64,000 nucleotides of DNA from the NCBI RefSeq assembly GCF_018977255.1, contig NW_024704743.1, forward strand, positions 39,558,001 to 39,622,000, written 5' to 3'. Origin of the DNA: Callorhinchus milii (lineage: Eukaryota). Shown here in pieces: positions 24,156 through 36,497 of the stretch. Both the position numbers and the translations under genes were made by a program. Under the pieces are notes generated by a model. It was given only the letters and a program-made list of their open reading frames with translations. It did not search any database and was not told the origin of the DNA. Numbering within the stretch: the stretch's first letter is position 1; every line of letters begins with the position of its first letter.

Positions 24156-25704
24156 CTCACCTCCCTACTTCTCCGACCTCCTCACTCCCCAATCCACCAC
24201 CTGGCGCCTCCGCTTGTCTGGCCTCGGCTTCCTGCTTGCCCCTTGCATCCTCCACTCTGCCATCTCCCCTTTTTCAAGTCGCGCCTGAAAACTTTCTTTT
24301 TCGACTGTGTTTATGGTCACCAAAATCCAAGATAGTGGAGTTGCAGTATTGAACAGTTGGTGGGAGGATCTTTTCTCTAGAAGTCAGAAGGTGTTCAGCC
24401 CCAACTTGTTATTGAGTACTGGACACAAAAGATCACAAATGTTATTCTAGTGATAAATAACACCGATGTCTATTGATATAATAATTGCAAATGGCATAAA
24501 ACAAATGGAATAAGATAATGCATAGCAATGTACAATTCCCATCAAGTTTAATAGCACATCAGAATCTGTTCAGAAACGCCACAACCTCAAATCAATAACT
24601 AAAGATTGGTGTTCACCCTCATTGTACCTTAAAGTTTAGTAGAATGCATGTACAGTTAACTCAGATATTATGGTACTGTTTAACAGTGAACAAAGGTTCC
24701 AATTTGTATTTCATGTAGCTGAAACACTTTCATTAGAATTCAATTACTATCCATTTATAATAAAAACCTGACTATAAATCATTATATTTTTTAGGCTGCA
24801 ATGAGCGGTGGAATGTACCTCACAGATCAATGGATATTACTGCTTCCAGTCATATAGCACTTAATCTCTGCACATTGACAGAATCTCAATTGCATCTTCT
24901 AAATTCATTGATTCCATCTCAAGCACGAGATGTTGTCAATCTCAGGATTGCAGCCTCACTTTGCAAAACATCCTGTCATTGTTAAGGCAGGTTCTCAACA
25001 TGCAGAAGCAAAAAAGAAAACATCACTTTCTATAGATTTGAGAGTCATTGAATCAGTATCAAGGATTCAGCAAGTTACACTGGCTGGTTCCATTACTGAA
25101 TTTCAGTCTATCAGTTTTCTCGTGTCAGCAAAATGGCAGTCAGTAACATTCAATCAATTAACTGCTGATGTAGGAAAATGTGTATAAAAGTGCAATGCTC
25201 TGACAAAGATTTTCCCAGCAAAGGGTTCAGAATAATGTTAAAATCACTGATGGGAATGAAATGGGAACCTGTTCCATATTTGATCTCCAATCTCTGCTGA
25301 GTTAACTAATCCAGGAGAGATTGGGAGTGTTGGACAGGGTTTTAAAAAGGGAACATCAGTCAAAGTTCCCACTCGTGTCAATAACCACCAAATTACTTGT
25401 TCAAAAAAGTGTCCTATTGTGCACATAGTGTGTGGACATCATTGTAGGTATGATTTGGACTGTTGAGGTACCCTCCACAGTTGATGATCGCAAGTTCACT
25501 AAAGAAAAAGGACGAATTGGGCAAGAAATCAGAGTTCTGCAAGCACCCAGAGAACAAAATACCAACATGAATCATTGCCTTCAGAAAAGACAGGGAGAAA
25601 TTGCAGGGACAAAAAGGTCAATTTTGTGAAGCCTGAACACCTTTTTGTTTAGCTTGTAGCAATTCAAGCTAATATTGAGTTCTTGTTAGTCTCAGTTACC
25701 TTAC

Positions 25705-25833
25705 CAAGTCATTGCAGAACATCATGCACCCGTTGTAGTTTGAGGCTACTTTCTAAAAATCGATCTTGTTGTCAGAGTGAATTTCTCAGCTTGTTAGAAA
25801 GGGTTGTGTTGAAACTTTGTTCACCCACAGCAA
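25705..25833 (-). pseudogene. Putative exon 4 of the cytokine-like gene (AB loop and helix B), with two in-frame TGA
   Basis: 129 nt, phase 1-1; acceptor tctttatctaag, donor TTG|gtaagg; (L)AVGEQSFNTTLSNKLRNSL*QQDRFLESSLKLQRVHDVLQ*L. Confidence 0.45.
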
Positions 25834-26274
25834 CTTAGATAAAGACAGTGCAGTTTTATTGTGCTCTCATTCCCAGCACAGATTTTAGAAGACTTTCTTG
25901 CGAAGAATGTATACTTTTTATTCTCCCCGTGAGCTGAATTGTTCTCTCTGAGATTTCAAACTTATTTCTCTGTGATGATGAAGGTTTTGATTCATGTAGC
26001 ATATGTAATTAAAGTTGCCACATATTTATAAACACTGAAATTAAATAAAATAAAAATAACTTCAATCGGTGACGATGCACTGAAATGCTCTGCAAAATCA
26101 GTACATATTCACATCTTGTGCCACGTTTTGCCCTCAAAATACAGTCAATTCACTTTACAGTATGTTCTGTGAAGTGCTTTGAGACATCTCAACCATGTGA
26201 TAAGGTGCTATATCAAATGCGAGGCTTATTATTATTATTGAATAATTAATTCTATATTTATTTTTCCTAATAAT

Positions 26275-26575
26275 AGTGCATCTTACATTTGATATGATAC
26301 CTTATAAAGTGAATAATGAATCTTCTCCTGGGATTGTCAGGCAGGACAGTGGGAGAAACTCTCTTCACTTCTCGAATAGTGCAATGGGATCTTTATCAAC
26401 CACCTGACCAGATGAACAGGACCTTGGTTTAAGGTCTTATCTGGAAGATGACACCTTGGACAATGAAGCTCACTACCAACAGCACTGCACTGACAATGAG
26501 TTTGAAGTCCCAAATTGGGTCTTGAACACAAACTCTTCTGAATCAGAAGCAAGAGTGCCACCAATTGAGCCAGCT
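26275..26575 (-). mobile_element. Old Deu-domain SINE
   Basis: Reverse tRNA head 'gagtgccaccaattgagcc'; body 'gcaatgggatctttatcaaccacctgacc...ggaccttggtttaagg'. Confidence 0.7.
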
Positions 26576-26648
26576 GACATACAAGTTACACCCTATACAT
26601 TTTCCTTTAAAAATGACCTCTTCATTTAGGACTGGTGAACAACCCTGA

Positions 26649-26651
<3 letters not shown>

Positions 26652-26683
<32 letters not shown>
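26652..26683. repeat. (GATT)n microsatellite
   Basis: About 8 tandem GATT units. Confidence 0.95.
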
Positions 26684-27087
26684 TATGTGTAGGTTTGGTG
26701 GTCAGCATAGTGAGATAAATTAGGTGAAAGTTTATCTTAATAGGCAAAAATTCTGTCATCAAAATGATCATAATCCTCTTCAAGTGAGTTTTGACTGATA
26801 TCGGATGATCAATCCAATTCTCACCAACACCATCACAAAATCTGATCATTAGTAGAATCAAATCTCAGTAGTACTATGACTACTATTAATAATCCTTGCA
26901 TTTGATATAGCACCTTATCACATCATTGAGACGACTCAAAGCACTTCAAAGATTATATTGTAAAGATTGCCTGTGTATGTTGTGGGCGAAATGGGGCAGC
27001 CAATTGCATACAGCAGTGTCCCACAATTTATCACCGGAAAGCAATCCGCCAACCGCAAATAACCGGGTTCCTATTTACCTCTAGGCA

Positions 27088-27450
27088 AACAACAACAACA
27101 AATTACATTTTGTAGTGACTTTCACATCAGGAGGACTTCCCAAGGTGCTGGATTATTGGGGATTTGGACCCGAGAAGGGGGCTGGGATCAGGAGGGATGT
27201 AGGTCAGGGAGGATGATCAAAGGTGCAGTCAAAGAGGAGGGTCTTGAGATGGGCCTTGAAGGAGGCAAGGGAGGGCGCGAGGGGAAAGGACTTTGGGATG
27301 GCGTTCTAAAGGTTGGGGTTAGAAAGACTAAAGGCTCGACCACTGATAATGGGGCAGGCAGGGCGAAGGGCATGGAGCAGGCATGAGTCCACTGAGTGGA
27401 GAGAGCAGACAAGCCAGTAAGGAATTAGAGGGAGGGAGGCCATAGAAAGC
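27088..27450 (-). mobile_element. L2 3' fragment adjoining a SINE remnant (26885-27088)
   Basis: (CAA)n tail and L2 terminal motif. Confidence 0.8.
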
Positions 27451-28517
27451 ATCCAAATTACGAGCAACAGCACAGTGGGGAGTTTGGGAACATGAGAATC
27501 TCTGAGGAGATCCATTAATAATCATTGAAGTGTGTTTAAATTGCATGATTCAGACTTGAAAACAAATTAGAGAACACTTTCTTGAGACATGTTATCTGAT
27601 TTTAAAGATTTTGTAAATTGATTATATGTGGAAGATATGCAAATTGTGCTTTTAATAAGGAAAAGAGGGAAGAAGGAAGCAAGGGAAGCAGTGAGTGATA
27701 GTGACTCCAGGATTAATTTCCAGAGAGTGGGGACAGATAGGCTAAAGGCTTGTCTGCTGATAATGAGCAGATAGGGCCAGGGACGTGAAGCAGGCTGGTG
27801 CCCACCCAGCAGAGGCAGTGGATGAGTTTATAAGGTTTGAGAAGGTCACAGGGCAAGACCACAGAGGAATTTAAAGTCATCCTAGCTGAAAATTATTTTG
27901 TATAACATGGTAAGTTGTATTTCATGCATTTGTTGATATCCCCTATTGACATTGTTTTGATATCCACAACAAGCAGGCCCCATTTTATGTGGATATCATG
28001 CTTTCAGTATGTTCACTGTAATTTCCCCTCTATTTCTGTATTTATTCTGTATATATCTTTGATTTACACAAGAACACTGATCGATAAGTGAACAGCTTTT
28101 TGGTCTGAGAGGGTGCTTTCATTCTTGGCCTTCTCCTGCACAGCTTTCACTCAGAAATTTGAAAAAAACCCATCGAAATGCTGCCAAATGGGGATGCTGG
28201 ATTGCACGGCATGTTGTCTTCTACTCAGGACACACAGTGAGGAAAAACAGGATATTTTCTGTTGTACAAAGCAATATGGTTGAAATCCATTAATTTACAC
28301 AATGCAGCATTCTTTCTTCCAAGCAGTCTTTGATAAAAAGTCTTACTTGGAATTCCAACATTTTTCATCCAGTTTACTGACAGTCTAGTTAGTTTGCTGG
28401 ATTAAGCCATCCATTGCATTTGTATTTGTTGGAGAAATAGCAGTGTTTCAGACCAATATATTGAAGCTAGTATGTGTTATTATGCTTTAAATTTCTATAT
28501 TTCTGTGAAGAAAAATT

Positions 28518-28778
28518 GCAAGCAAGAGACCTGGGTTTGATTCCTGGCAGAGTGAAACCTTGGGCAAGTTTCCTTACTCCACATGCCTGATAATAATTCC
28601 TCAAAAAAAAAAAAATTGGTCACTTCAATCCAGGACTGTTTGTGGGATACTGCTGTGCGCAATTGGCTGCCATGTTTCACCCACAAAATATGCTGTCAAT
28701 TCACTTTACAGTATATTGAAGCGCTTTGAGACGCCTAGAAGATGTGAAAAGCGCTATATCAAATGCAAGGATTGTTAA
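28518..28778 (+). mobile_element. tRNA SINE, short variant, 5'-truncated
   Basis: Homology to 1675-2000. Confidence 0.85.
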
Positions 28779-28964
28779 TTATTAGTATTACTATGACATG
28801 TTTCCCTCAGAACTAAAATCAATATAGAGCCATTGATCATGGTCCCAAATGATGCAAGATGCAATTTATATTGTTGGTTCATTGGTAGAATTTTTGTGAT
28901 TGGCCTACACTATGTCAATATGGATAAATGACACTCCTACTTATTTACCAGCCTACCACTAATA

Positions 28965-30075
28965 CAACAACAACAAAATTACATTTGTAGAGTGCCTTTC
29001 ATGTCGGGAGGACGTCCCAAAGCGCTGAATAGTCGAGGATCAGGAACCCGAGTGTTGTGGGGGGGGCAGGGTTGGGGTGAGGAATGTCAGAGAGGTAGGA
29101 AGGCAGCTGAAAGCATGGTCGAAAAGGAGGGTCTTGAATCGTGCCTTGAAGGAAGCAAGAGAGAGAGAGCAAGGTGAAGGGATCGTGAGATGAAGTTCTA
29201 AAGGGTGGGGGCAGAATGGCTGAAGGCCCAGCCATCAATGGTAGGGCGGGTCTGGTAGAGACATGGAGCAGGCTGAGTGGAGGATGGGGACAGGTTGATA
29301 GGGGATCAGCAGGTCAGAGATGTAGGAGGGAGCAAGGCTGTGGAGGGCCTTGAAGGTGAGGATGAGGATTTTGAATTCTATCCTCTGAGGGATGGGAAGC
29401 CAGTAGAGGCGGGCGAGGGTGGGGCTGATGAGGTCATGGAACCTGGTGCAGGAGAGGACATGAGCTGCAGAGTTCCAGATGATCTACAGCTTGTGAGGGA
29501 AGAGTTGGGGAGGACAACAAGGAAGGAGTTTCCGTAGTTGAGCCTTGAGGTGATGAATGCATGTATGAGGGTTTCAGCGGGGGTACGGTGAGGCAGTGGT
29601 GGAGTCGGACAATGTTGCGGAGGTGGAGGAAGGCAGAGCGTGTTATGGTATTGATATAGGGGAGAAAGGACAGTTGAGAATCGAACAAGATTCCTGAGTT
29701 CCTAACTGGCTTGGTGAGTTGGAATGTGAATCCATGGATGCTGATGCTGCCAGTGCCTGAGGTGCTGAGGCGCTGGCGCGAGCCAATCAGGAGGGCCTCA
29801 GCCTTGCTAACATTCAGCTGTAGAAAGTTATCTCTCATCCAGGACTTGATGTCTGACAGACAGTCTGTCAGGACGTCAGTTGTACTGGAATCGAGGGTGG
29901 AGTCAGAGAGATAGAGTTGGGTGTCATCCACATACATATGGAAGTTGACCCCATGCCTGCAGATGATGTCACCAAGTGGGAGCATATAGAGGTAGAAGAG
30001 GAGGGGATCAATGACAGAGCCCCGAGGAACACCACACAAAATTGTACAGGGGCTGGAAGACAAACCATTATGTGG
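28965..30075 (-). mobile_element. L2 LINE 3' 1.1 kb including the RT core
   Basis: ORF 29434..30099 (GVPRGSVIDPLLF...FHMYVDDTQLY) is homologous to 48976..50394; (CAA)n tail. Confidence 0.92.
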
Positions 30076-30266
30076 AGTGGTCCAAAAGGCAGATAGCAAA
30101 TGTGTTTCAACAGCTTCTGCACAAGGGAGGCTTGGGATCTTTCCTAATCAAATGTAACTGTTTATTTTCTTGTAATATATTGTGTTCTCTAAATGTGTTT
30201 GCAGCAGCATAAGGCTAAATTTGGAGAAAAATAGCTTTTGGACATATTTATCTATGGGGGACTCAC

Positions 30267-30374
30267 GTTCTGGTTTTGGGGTGTAATTGAAGGCATGAGG
30301 CATTCTTAATTTTTTCTTCAAAAGGAGGAACTTTGTCTTTGTTATACGAAGTAGTCCATTTACGTTAAAACCCA
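30267..30374 (-). pseudogene. Putative exon 3 of the cytokine-like gene (helix A)
   Basis: 108 nt; acceptor ctgttagtcag, donor AAC|gtgagt; GFNVNGLLRITKTKFLLLKKKLRMPHAFNYTPKPE; 3' phase 1 matches the next exon. Confidence 0.45.
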
Positions 30375-30619
30375 CTGACTAACAGTTATGTTGAGATTAT
30401 CTGGGACTAATTGATAACATTTGCACCAAGCTGCATGGCCTCATTTGTCAACAAGCAGAAAAAAGCCCTCAAAAACATTCAGTTATCAGCCTGGAGTCAC
30501 ATGCTCTGTGCCTGATCTTTACAGATTGGTGCACTTAGTGAATTATTGTGCAACTGCCGAAATGAGAGGGCTTTCCTTTCATCACAACATTTGCTGTTCA
30601 GGAAAAAATTACCATTTAC

Positions 30620-30655
30620 CTGCATTCTTCTGTACTAAACAGAAGTTGAAGCAGC
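30620..30655 (-). pseudogene. Putative exon 2 (36 nt; LLQLLFSTEEC or CFNFCLVQKNA)
   Basis: Acceptor ttccattttgaacag, donor CAG|gtaaat. Confidence 0.35.
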
Positions 30656-30744
30656 CTGTTCAAAATGGAACACATTGAGTTCTGATGTTAGGTGATGTAG
30701 ATGGGGGGCTGGCAGAGCGATTGCAATGTATAATCAATCTGTAC

Positions 30745-30795
30745 CTGTCTAATACGCTATTTGGGGTCAAGATTAATGTGTGTCTACTCATGCTT
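30745..30795 (-). pseudogene. Putative first coding exon (ATG at 30791; MSRHTLILTPNSVLD)
   Basis: Acceptor tttccaattcttcag, donor CAG|gtacag; phase 2 matches the LLQLLF reading of the next exon. Confidence 0.3.
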
Positions 30796-31224
30796 CTGAA
30801 GAATTGGAAATGAATTGCCTGTGTGTTCCTGGGGTGGCTTTTCATTTGACAAGGTTCCCAACACTAATATCCTGAATGCCAAGATTTCTGGCATGCAGTT
30901 GTTTGTGAATGCTGATCAGCAGGATATCAGCTTTACTAAAACTCTGATTAAAGCTGTCACACTTTTTTACTGTCAGTTGAAAGTTTTAATCCCTAAAGTA
31001 CCTAGTTCAAGATGTCGTCAGTGAATATTGTGTTGGGTGGAGGGAGTAGGGGGATGAGGTTCATTAATGTCAAAGAGACGGGTGTGCCCTTTGAAACTAG
31101 TACCCTTTGACTTGCACGTTGTGCCCTTTGACTTACGCATTAAATGAGACTGATAGAGGAATTCCTCCCAATTCACTAGCAATAAAATCCAACTTACCCA
31201 ACTATCTATCTCTACAAAGGAAGG

Positions 31225-31470
31225 ATCCTCAGGGACACCAGCACATTTCTCTCAGTAGCAGTAGCAGCAAAAAGGGGAGAGTCACTGGATGGTTTTATAA
31301 TGATTGCCAGGAGTGAAGGTCAGTACTATTCACAAAATCAATAGAGAAGTAGAAATGAAGAAGGCTTTTCAGTCCATTTGATCTCATCCTTCCAGAATAC
31401 CCATTTTCCCATTACAGCATCAAGCTGCAATATCTTCACATGTACAACATCAAAATGCTTCTTCAATGTG
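31225..31470 (+). repeat. Local direct duplication, copy 1 (copy 2 at 33615-33856)
   Basis: Collinear 'atcctcag..accagc.catttctctcagtagc...gagtcactgg.tggttttataa...catcaaaatgcttctt.aatgtg'. Confidence 0.9.
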
Positions 31471-31920
31471 TCCAAGGGCCTGGCCTCAACTATCATTCCT
31501 GGTACCTTCCTGGTAATCCATTACCATTATTATTTATCTTATGTGTATAAAATATACTTCTTTTGTCTGCCATTCTAACCCTGAACTTGTGTCCTCTTGT
31601 CATGTCTTAATATATCTGAAAGTATTGTTCTAAATTTACTTTCTTAGACCTATTTAATATTTTATATATCTCTAAAAGGTTCCCTCTGGAATGTCTCATT
31701 CGAAGGCTGAAGATCATATCCGATTTTTCTTCATAGTTTATCACTCAAACACTGAATTATCCACATGTGCCTTCTCTGTGCTGCCTCTAGTGCCTGGACA
31801 GCCTCCTTACTAACTGTGAGCCATTTTCCAGGTGCGGCCTGAGCCAAGTTCAGTTTGAGTGTAAGTTCTGGGGATTTCAATTTACCAGTTTTAGTAACGT
31901 AGTCAAACATAATTTTTGCC
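31350..31920 (-). mobile_element. Old CR1-type LINE fragment
   Basis: Minus ORF ...KEAVQALEAAQRR...; 'cttgtgtcctcttgt' is a reversed TRGH motif. Confidence 0.6.
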
Positions 31921-32149
31921 TTGTTTATTGTTAGTTCATACTGTTTTATACCTATTGTTAGACCTGACATGCTTGATTCAGTATCTCTGACAATATCTTA
32001 ATGGATTGTAACCATTACTAGTCAGCTGTAGCTTTCAGAGACTATTGGATATAAATATTTGAATGATAAATGTGAAAAAATTAGTGACAAACATTACTGA
32101 TTCCAGAAAATGACACTGGAATTAGACCTGGGAATAAACAGAGAGAAAA

Positions 32150-32475
32150 ATGATGATACAGCTAAACTATTTCCTCTAGACCAAGGGGCATAATCTTAAA
32201 AATAGAGCTAGGCCATTTAGGAATAAAATTAGCAGGCAGTTTTTCACCCAAAGGCCAGTGGGAACCTGAAACTATCTCCCCCAAAAGGCTGTAAATTCTG
32301 GATCCATTCACATTTTCAAGATGGAGGTAGATACATTTGTTAGGTCAGGGTATTAAGGGATATGGGGCAATTGGACGAGGTATAGATCAACCATTACCTT
32401 AGAGAATGGCAGAACAGGCTTGAGGGGCTGAATAGTCTACTCCTGTTTCTATGTCTATGTATCTATGTATCTATG
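32150..32475 (+). mobile_element. CR1 LINE 3' end
   Basis: 'aggggcataatcttaaaaatagagctaggccatttagg...gaacaggcttgaggggctgaat' and a (TATC/TATG)n tail. Confidence 0.8.
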
Positions 32476-32504
32476 ATCATCATACAGAAAACTTACGACT
32501 AACC

Positions 32505-33157
32505 AGTTCATGACCAGGACTGCCTTCCTCCTCCTCTGCCACATCCCCCACCTCCCATCGTACCTTACCCTGTACGCAGCCAAAACACTTTTCCAAGCAT
32601 TCGTCACCTCCTGACTCGACTTCTCAAATGCCTTCTTTGCCGGTCTCCTCAGGTCCACCATGCACAGGTTCCAACTGATCCAAAACTCCGCTGCTCGCAT
32701 ACTCACCCGTACTAAACTCTGTACCCCCATGAAGCTCCACTGGCTCCCCATCACCAAATGGGTTGATTTCAAGATCCTCACACTCGTTTTCAAATCCCTT
32801 CATGTCCTAGCACCTCCCTAAATCTCCAACCTGCTTACCCACAACTCACAACCCATTGCCTCCACTCAACTGGTTCTGGCCTTCTGCCTGCCCACAGTGC
32901 CCTATGTGCCCTACATTCCACCATTGGTGGCCGCGCTTTTAGCCACTATGCCCTAAAACTCTGGAGCACTCTTCCTCTATTCCTCCACCTTGCCACTTCC
33001 CCATTTTCAAGTCGCACCTAAAAACCTTCCTAATCTACCGTGCCTATGGTCACCTCCCCCTTTCCCCGGCTTGGAGTTGTACGTTGCCACTGTCAAGCGC
33101 TCTGGCATGCTACCCTGTATGAGAGGTGTTATATAAATGCAAGTTGTTGTTGTTGTT
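32505..33157 (+). mobile_element. L2 LINE 3' fragment (older subfamily)
   Basis: Homology to the L2 ORF2 end; (TTG)n tail. Confidence 0.85.
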
Positions 33158-35129
33158 ATGTACAGTTGCACAGTATAAACTCCCCGATGCCTCAATTTGG
33201 TCTGATGCTACTCCATTAATGGTAATGGTCTCTGAAAGTTGTAGTTCATTGCTTATGAAGTTTTATTCCGTTTGTCATATCTTCCAGTCAATGGGCACTT
33301 ATTTCCAGCTCCATCTATCAGAGAGGCAAATTGTGGAATAGATTTAGGATTCCTCAAGGACTTCTCATGTCATTGATGATCTGTGTCGAGTTAATAGGAC
33401 CCTCAGTTGCTCAGCAACAGGATGAACAAAGTGGCAGCTTTCATCTCGAAGATGGGAATTGCCACCTCAAAAAGACAAGGTACTTAAGTGACCCGTTTAA
33501 GATCTGACAAGACTCCTCACATATGTGGGTGGCAGCATGCGCATCACTCCTTTGCAATGGCATGATATAAGCACTCTCACAGATCACCAGGATGCTGATA
33601 TCATACAGCTTATTATCCTCAGTGACTACCAGCCCATTTCTCTCAGTAGCAATGGTAGCAGAAAGGGAAGAGTCACTGGCTGGTTTTATAAGTATTGGTA
33701 GGAGTAAAGATCAGTAGTATTCACAAAATCACTGGAGAGGTAAAATGAAAGGCTTTTCAGTCTATATGATCTCATCCTTTCAGAATACCCAAATCCCTCT
33801 TACATCATCAAGCTCAATTTATCACTTTTAAAGCATCAAAATGCTTCTTAAATGTGAATTCAGTTTTTTTTTGCTGTTTCCAGTTATCAGGTCTCTGACA
33901 ATCAAATATTGGCTGACTTCTCAAAATTTCACTGCACAATTTAATTCTCTGATGGCGAAATGTCACTTTCCCACCCTGCCAATAATCCAAATAAATTGTC
34001 AGTGGAACTTGGAGAATGGGAACCTGTGCAGCAGTTAAAAGTGGACACCCTGTGCAGGTCGGAGATAAGTATCAGAACTGAATGTATGTTCACCTACCAA
34101 CACAGTCACTGCACTTCACAGAAGAACTGCTGTGAGACATTTCAATAATGTGATAAGGTGATGCATCAAATGCAAGGATTATTATTATGCTCAGAGTTGA
34201 ATAGATTAGCATTAAACTATCATTCTCAAGTTTAGTCACTAAGAGATTTCAGGTAAAGCTAAATAGTGGAGTTTTGAAAAACAAAGCTTGCATTATGAAA
34301 ACACTAAAAGATAAATATGCATGAATCAAATGTGGGCCATTCAGGTCATCAGAGTTACTGAGCAGAATACTTTTATTTACATAATGCACCCTATCAAACT
34401 GATTTGATCAGTTGAGGTTAGGTAGGTTCTACAAAGATTTCCCTGAGCAAATTGAGTGAAATGCAAGAATATCTCTCAACTTTCTTTGTTCATCTTTAAT
34501 CATTTGTATCCCATGGTGTAATGTTTCCTTAGTTCAAGCCACTCTTAAACCGTAGTATTCCAAAGACAATTTTCACCATTTCATTTCCATCTACACTTGC
34601 TTTTGCAGAACCTCAATTCTGCCTGGAAACTTACACTTATCCAGTTTAGGGTTCATGTCGTATGTTCACATCTGGAACTTTGGAAATGCGTTCAGTTAAG
34701 GGGTTGTCTGTTATAAGTATTGTACATTGTAAAAGTGTCATTATTGTACTGATTCAACGAACACCAGTGCTAGCTGGGCCACGAATTCCAAGCTCACTGG
34801 ACAAGGTATATTTTTAAAGTTTTCAGTTCACTCGTCATTGTGATTTGAATTTTTAAAAAAACTGCAACGCTAGTTTTAATACTGTAGTATTACTGTTATT
34901 AAACTGAACACAAGAAAAATATTTTTCAATTACAAAAATGTCAGTATCATCTGCCATGTCTTCCATTTTCCTTCTTCCACATTGTTAATTCTACTTTCAT
35001 TATTTTAATTTTAGTTGTGCTTTGCCCTTAATATGCCACACTTTATCTGTTCTACACTTTTTCATATGGTTGCAGAGTTAAAATACCTTACTTAAACTTA
35101 TTTTATGGTCTTAAGAAAAATAACTGATC

Positions 35130-35945
35130 ATTGCAGCACTGGGGCTGTATAGACTGGAAGGTCAAATATCGAAATTCTGGTCTGTTGAATGAATTGATCC
35201 CAGCCAGGTCAACAGTTGGAGCTCTGCAATTGGATGTCAATGTGGATAATCCCCAGAGTTAGAGGAATGAACAATGAACAAAGATTAAACAAGCTAAGGC
35301 TCTTCAGTCTTGAAAGGAGAAGTCTCAAAGGAGACTTTGCAGAAGTATACAGGATTTTAAATGGGATTGAGAAGGAAATGCTGAACAATACATTTGAATG
35401 TACCAAAACAAAATAATAAGCGGATGTAGTTTTAGGGTACCAAAGAGCAATTTCAGGACAGATATCAGGAAGTTGTACTTCACCTTGAGAGTAATTATCG
35501 ACTAGAATAGGTTGCTAGGAAGGAAGGGTGGCTTGAGGACATTTAAAAAAAAATCTTGATACTGTGATGAGAGGATCGTAAGGTGGGTAATTCTGAAAGG
35601 ATAACATCAAATGTGCTGAAGGGCATGAGGTTCTTCATCCGAACTTCTCTTGTGATCATGTGAATTGCTCTACATCCCTGGGGGTTAAAAAAATCTTGCT
35701 CCCGATCTGTATCTAATCCAATGATGGAAAGTGCGTGTGTTTAGACTTTAGATCAGAACAGGATTGGACTTTGCCTTGATGCTCCTGTAGTCAAACCACC
35801 TGCTGATGTCTAATGTCTAGTTTCACATATGAAGAATAGGCTTGGGATGAGATATTGGGGGGGGAGGGGGATAGCTGACAACCATGTGCCCTAGAATGAG
35901 GTAGTGTCATGAAGAGAGGAGGAGAGGAAAAGAGGGGAAGAATAC
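35130..35945 (+). mobile_element. AmnSINE2-like ancient SINE interrupted by a CR1 fragment (~35245-35665)
   Basis: 'tgtctagtttcacatatgaagaataggcttgg' resembles the recalled AmnSINE2 core, with a second partial copy at ~36890-36945; the CR1 piece encodes RLNKLRLFSLERRSLKGD. Confidence 0.45.
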
Positions 35946-36021
35946 AGGCAAAGAATGAACAAACACCTTATTTAATTTCCCTTGTCTCTTTGGTCCGAGT
36001 ATCTATTTTGAGGATGGAACT

Positions 36022-36452
36022 CAAACTTCCCTCCACAAGCTGCAGATCATCCAGAACTCTGCAGCTCATGTCCTCTCCCTCACCAGGCTCCATGACTCCC
36101 ATCACACCCACCCTTCCCCGGCTCCACTGGCTCCCTTTCCCTCAGAGGATTGAGTTAAAAATCCTCATCCCCGCCTTCAAGGCTGTCCATAGCCTTGCAC
36201 CTTCCTATTTCTGGGACTTACTAACCCCATATCAACCTGTCTGCTCCCTCTCCTCCACGTCCCCCACCTGGCCCGCTTCAGACCCTCCTATTTGAATGCT
36301 TCGTCGGCTACACTCCTACGCCTACCATCCCTGCCCTTCACCCCCCCGGACACAACCCCCTGCTCGGGTCCAAATCCCTCAATCCTAAATCCTCATTGCA
36401 GTTATTTGTGTAGCGCCTTTCACGTTGGGAGGACGGCCCAAGGCGCTGGACA
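36022..36452 (+). mobile_element. L2 LINE 3' fragment
   Basis: TPTLPRLHWLPFPQRIELKIL matches the L2 ORF2 C-terminus. Confidence 0.8.
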
Positions 36453-36497
36453 ATCAATGTAATCTCCAGTCTTGCTGAAGCTTGGGAACATGATATT

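Noticed and set aside
24795..24985. ~60-codon plus-strand open frame after an acceptor-like site
   Set aside because: No convincing donor or homology; ORFs of this size are common by chance in this window
25705..25752. Alternative stop-free 48-nt exon KVASNYNGCMMFCNDL using the same donor
   Set aside because: Phase 0-0 is incompatible with both neighbouring exon candidates and resembles no family; cannot be fully excluded
25705..25833. Selenocysteine recoding of the two TGA codons
   Set aside because: No SECIS element identified and no selenoprotein context; point mutation is simpler
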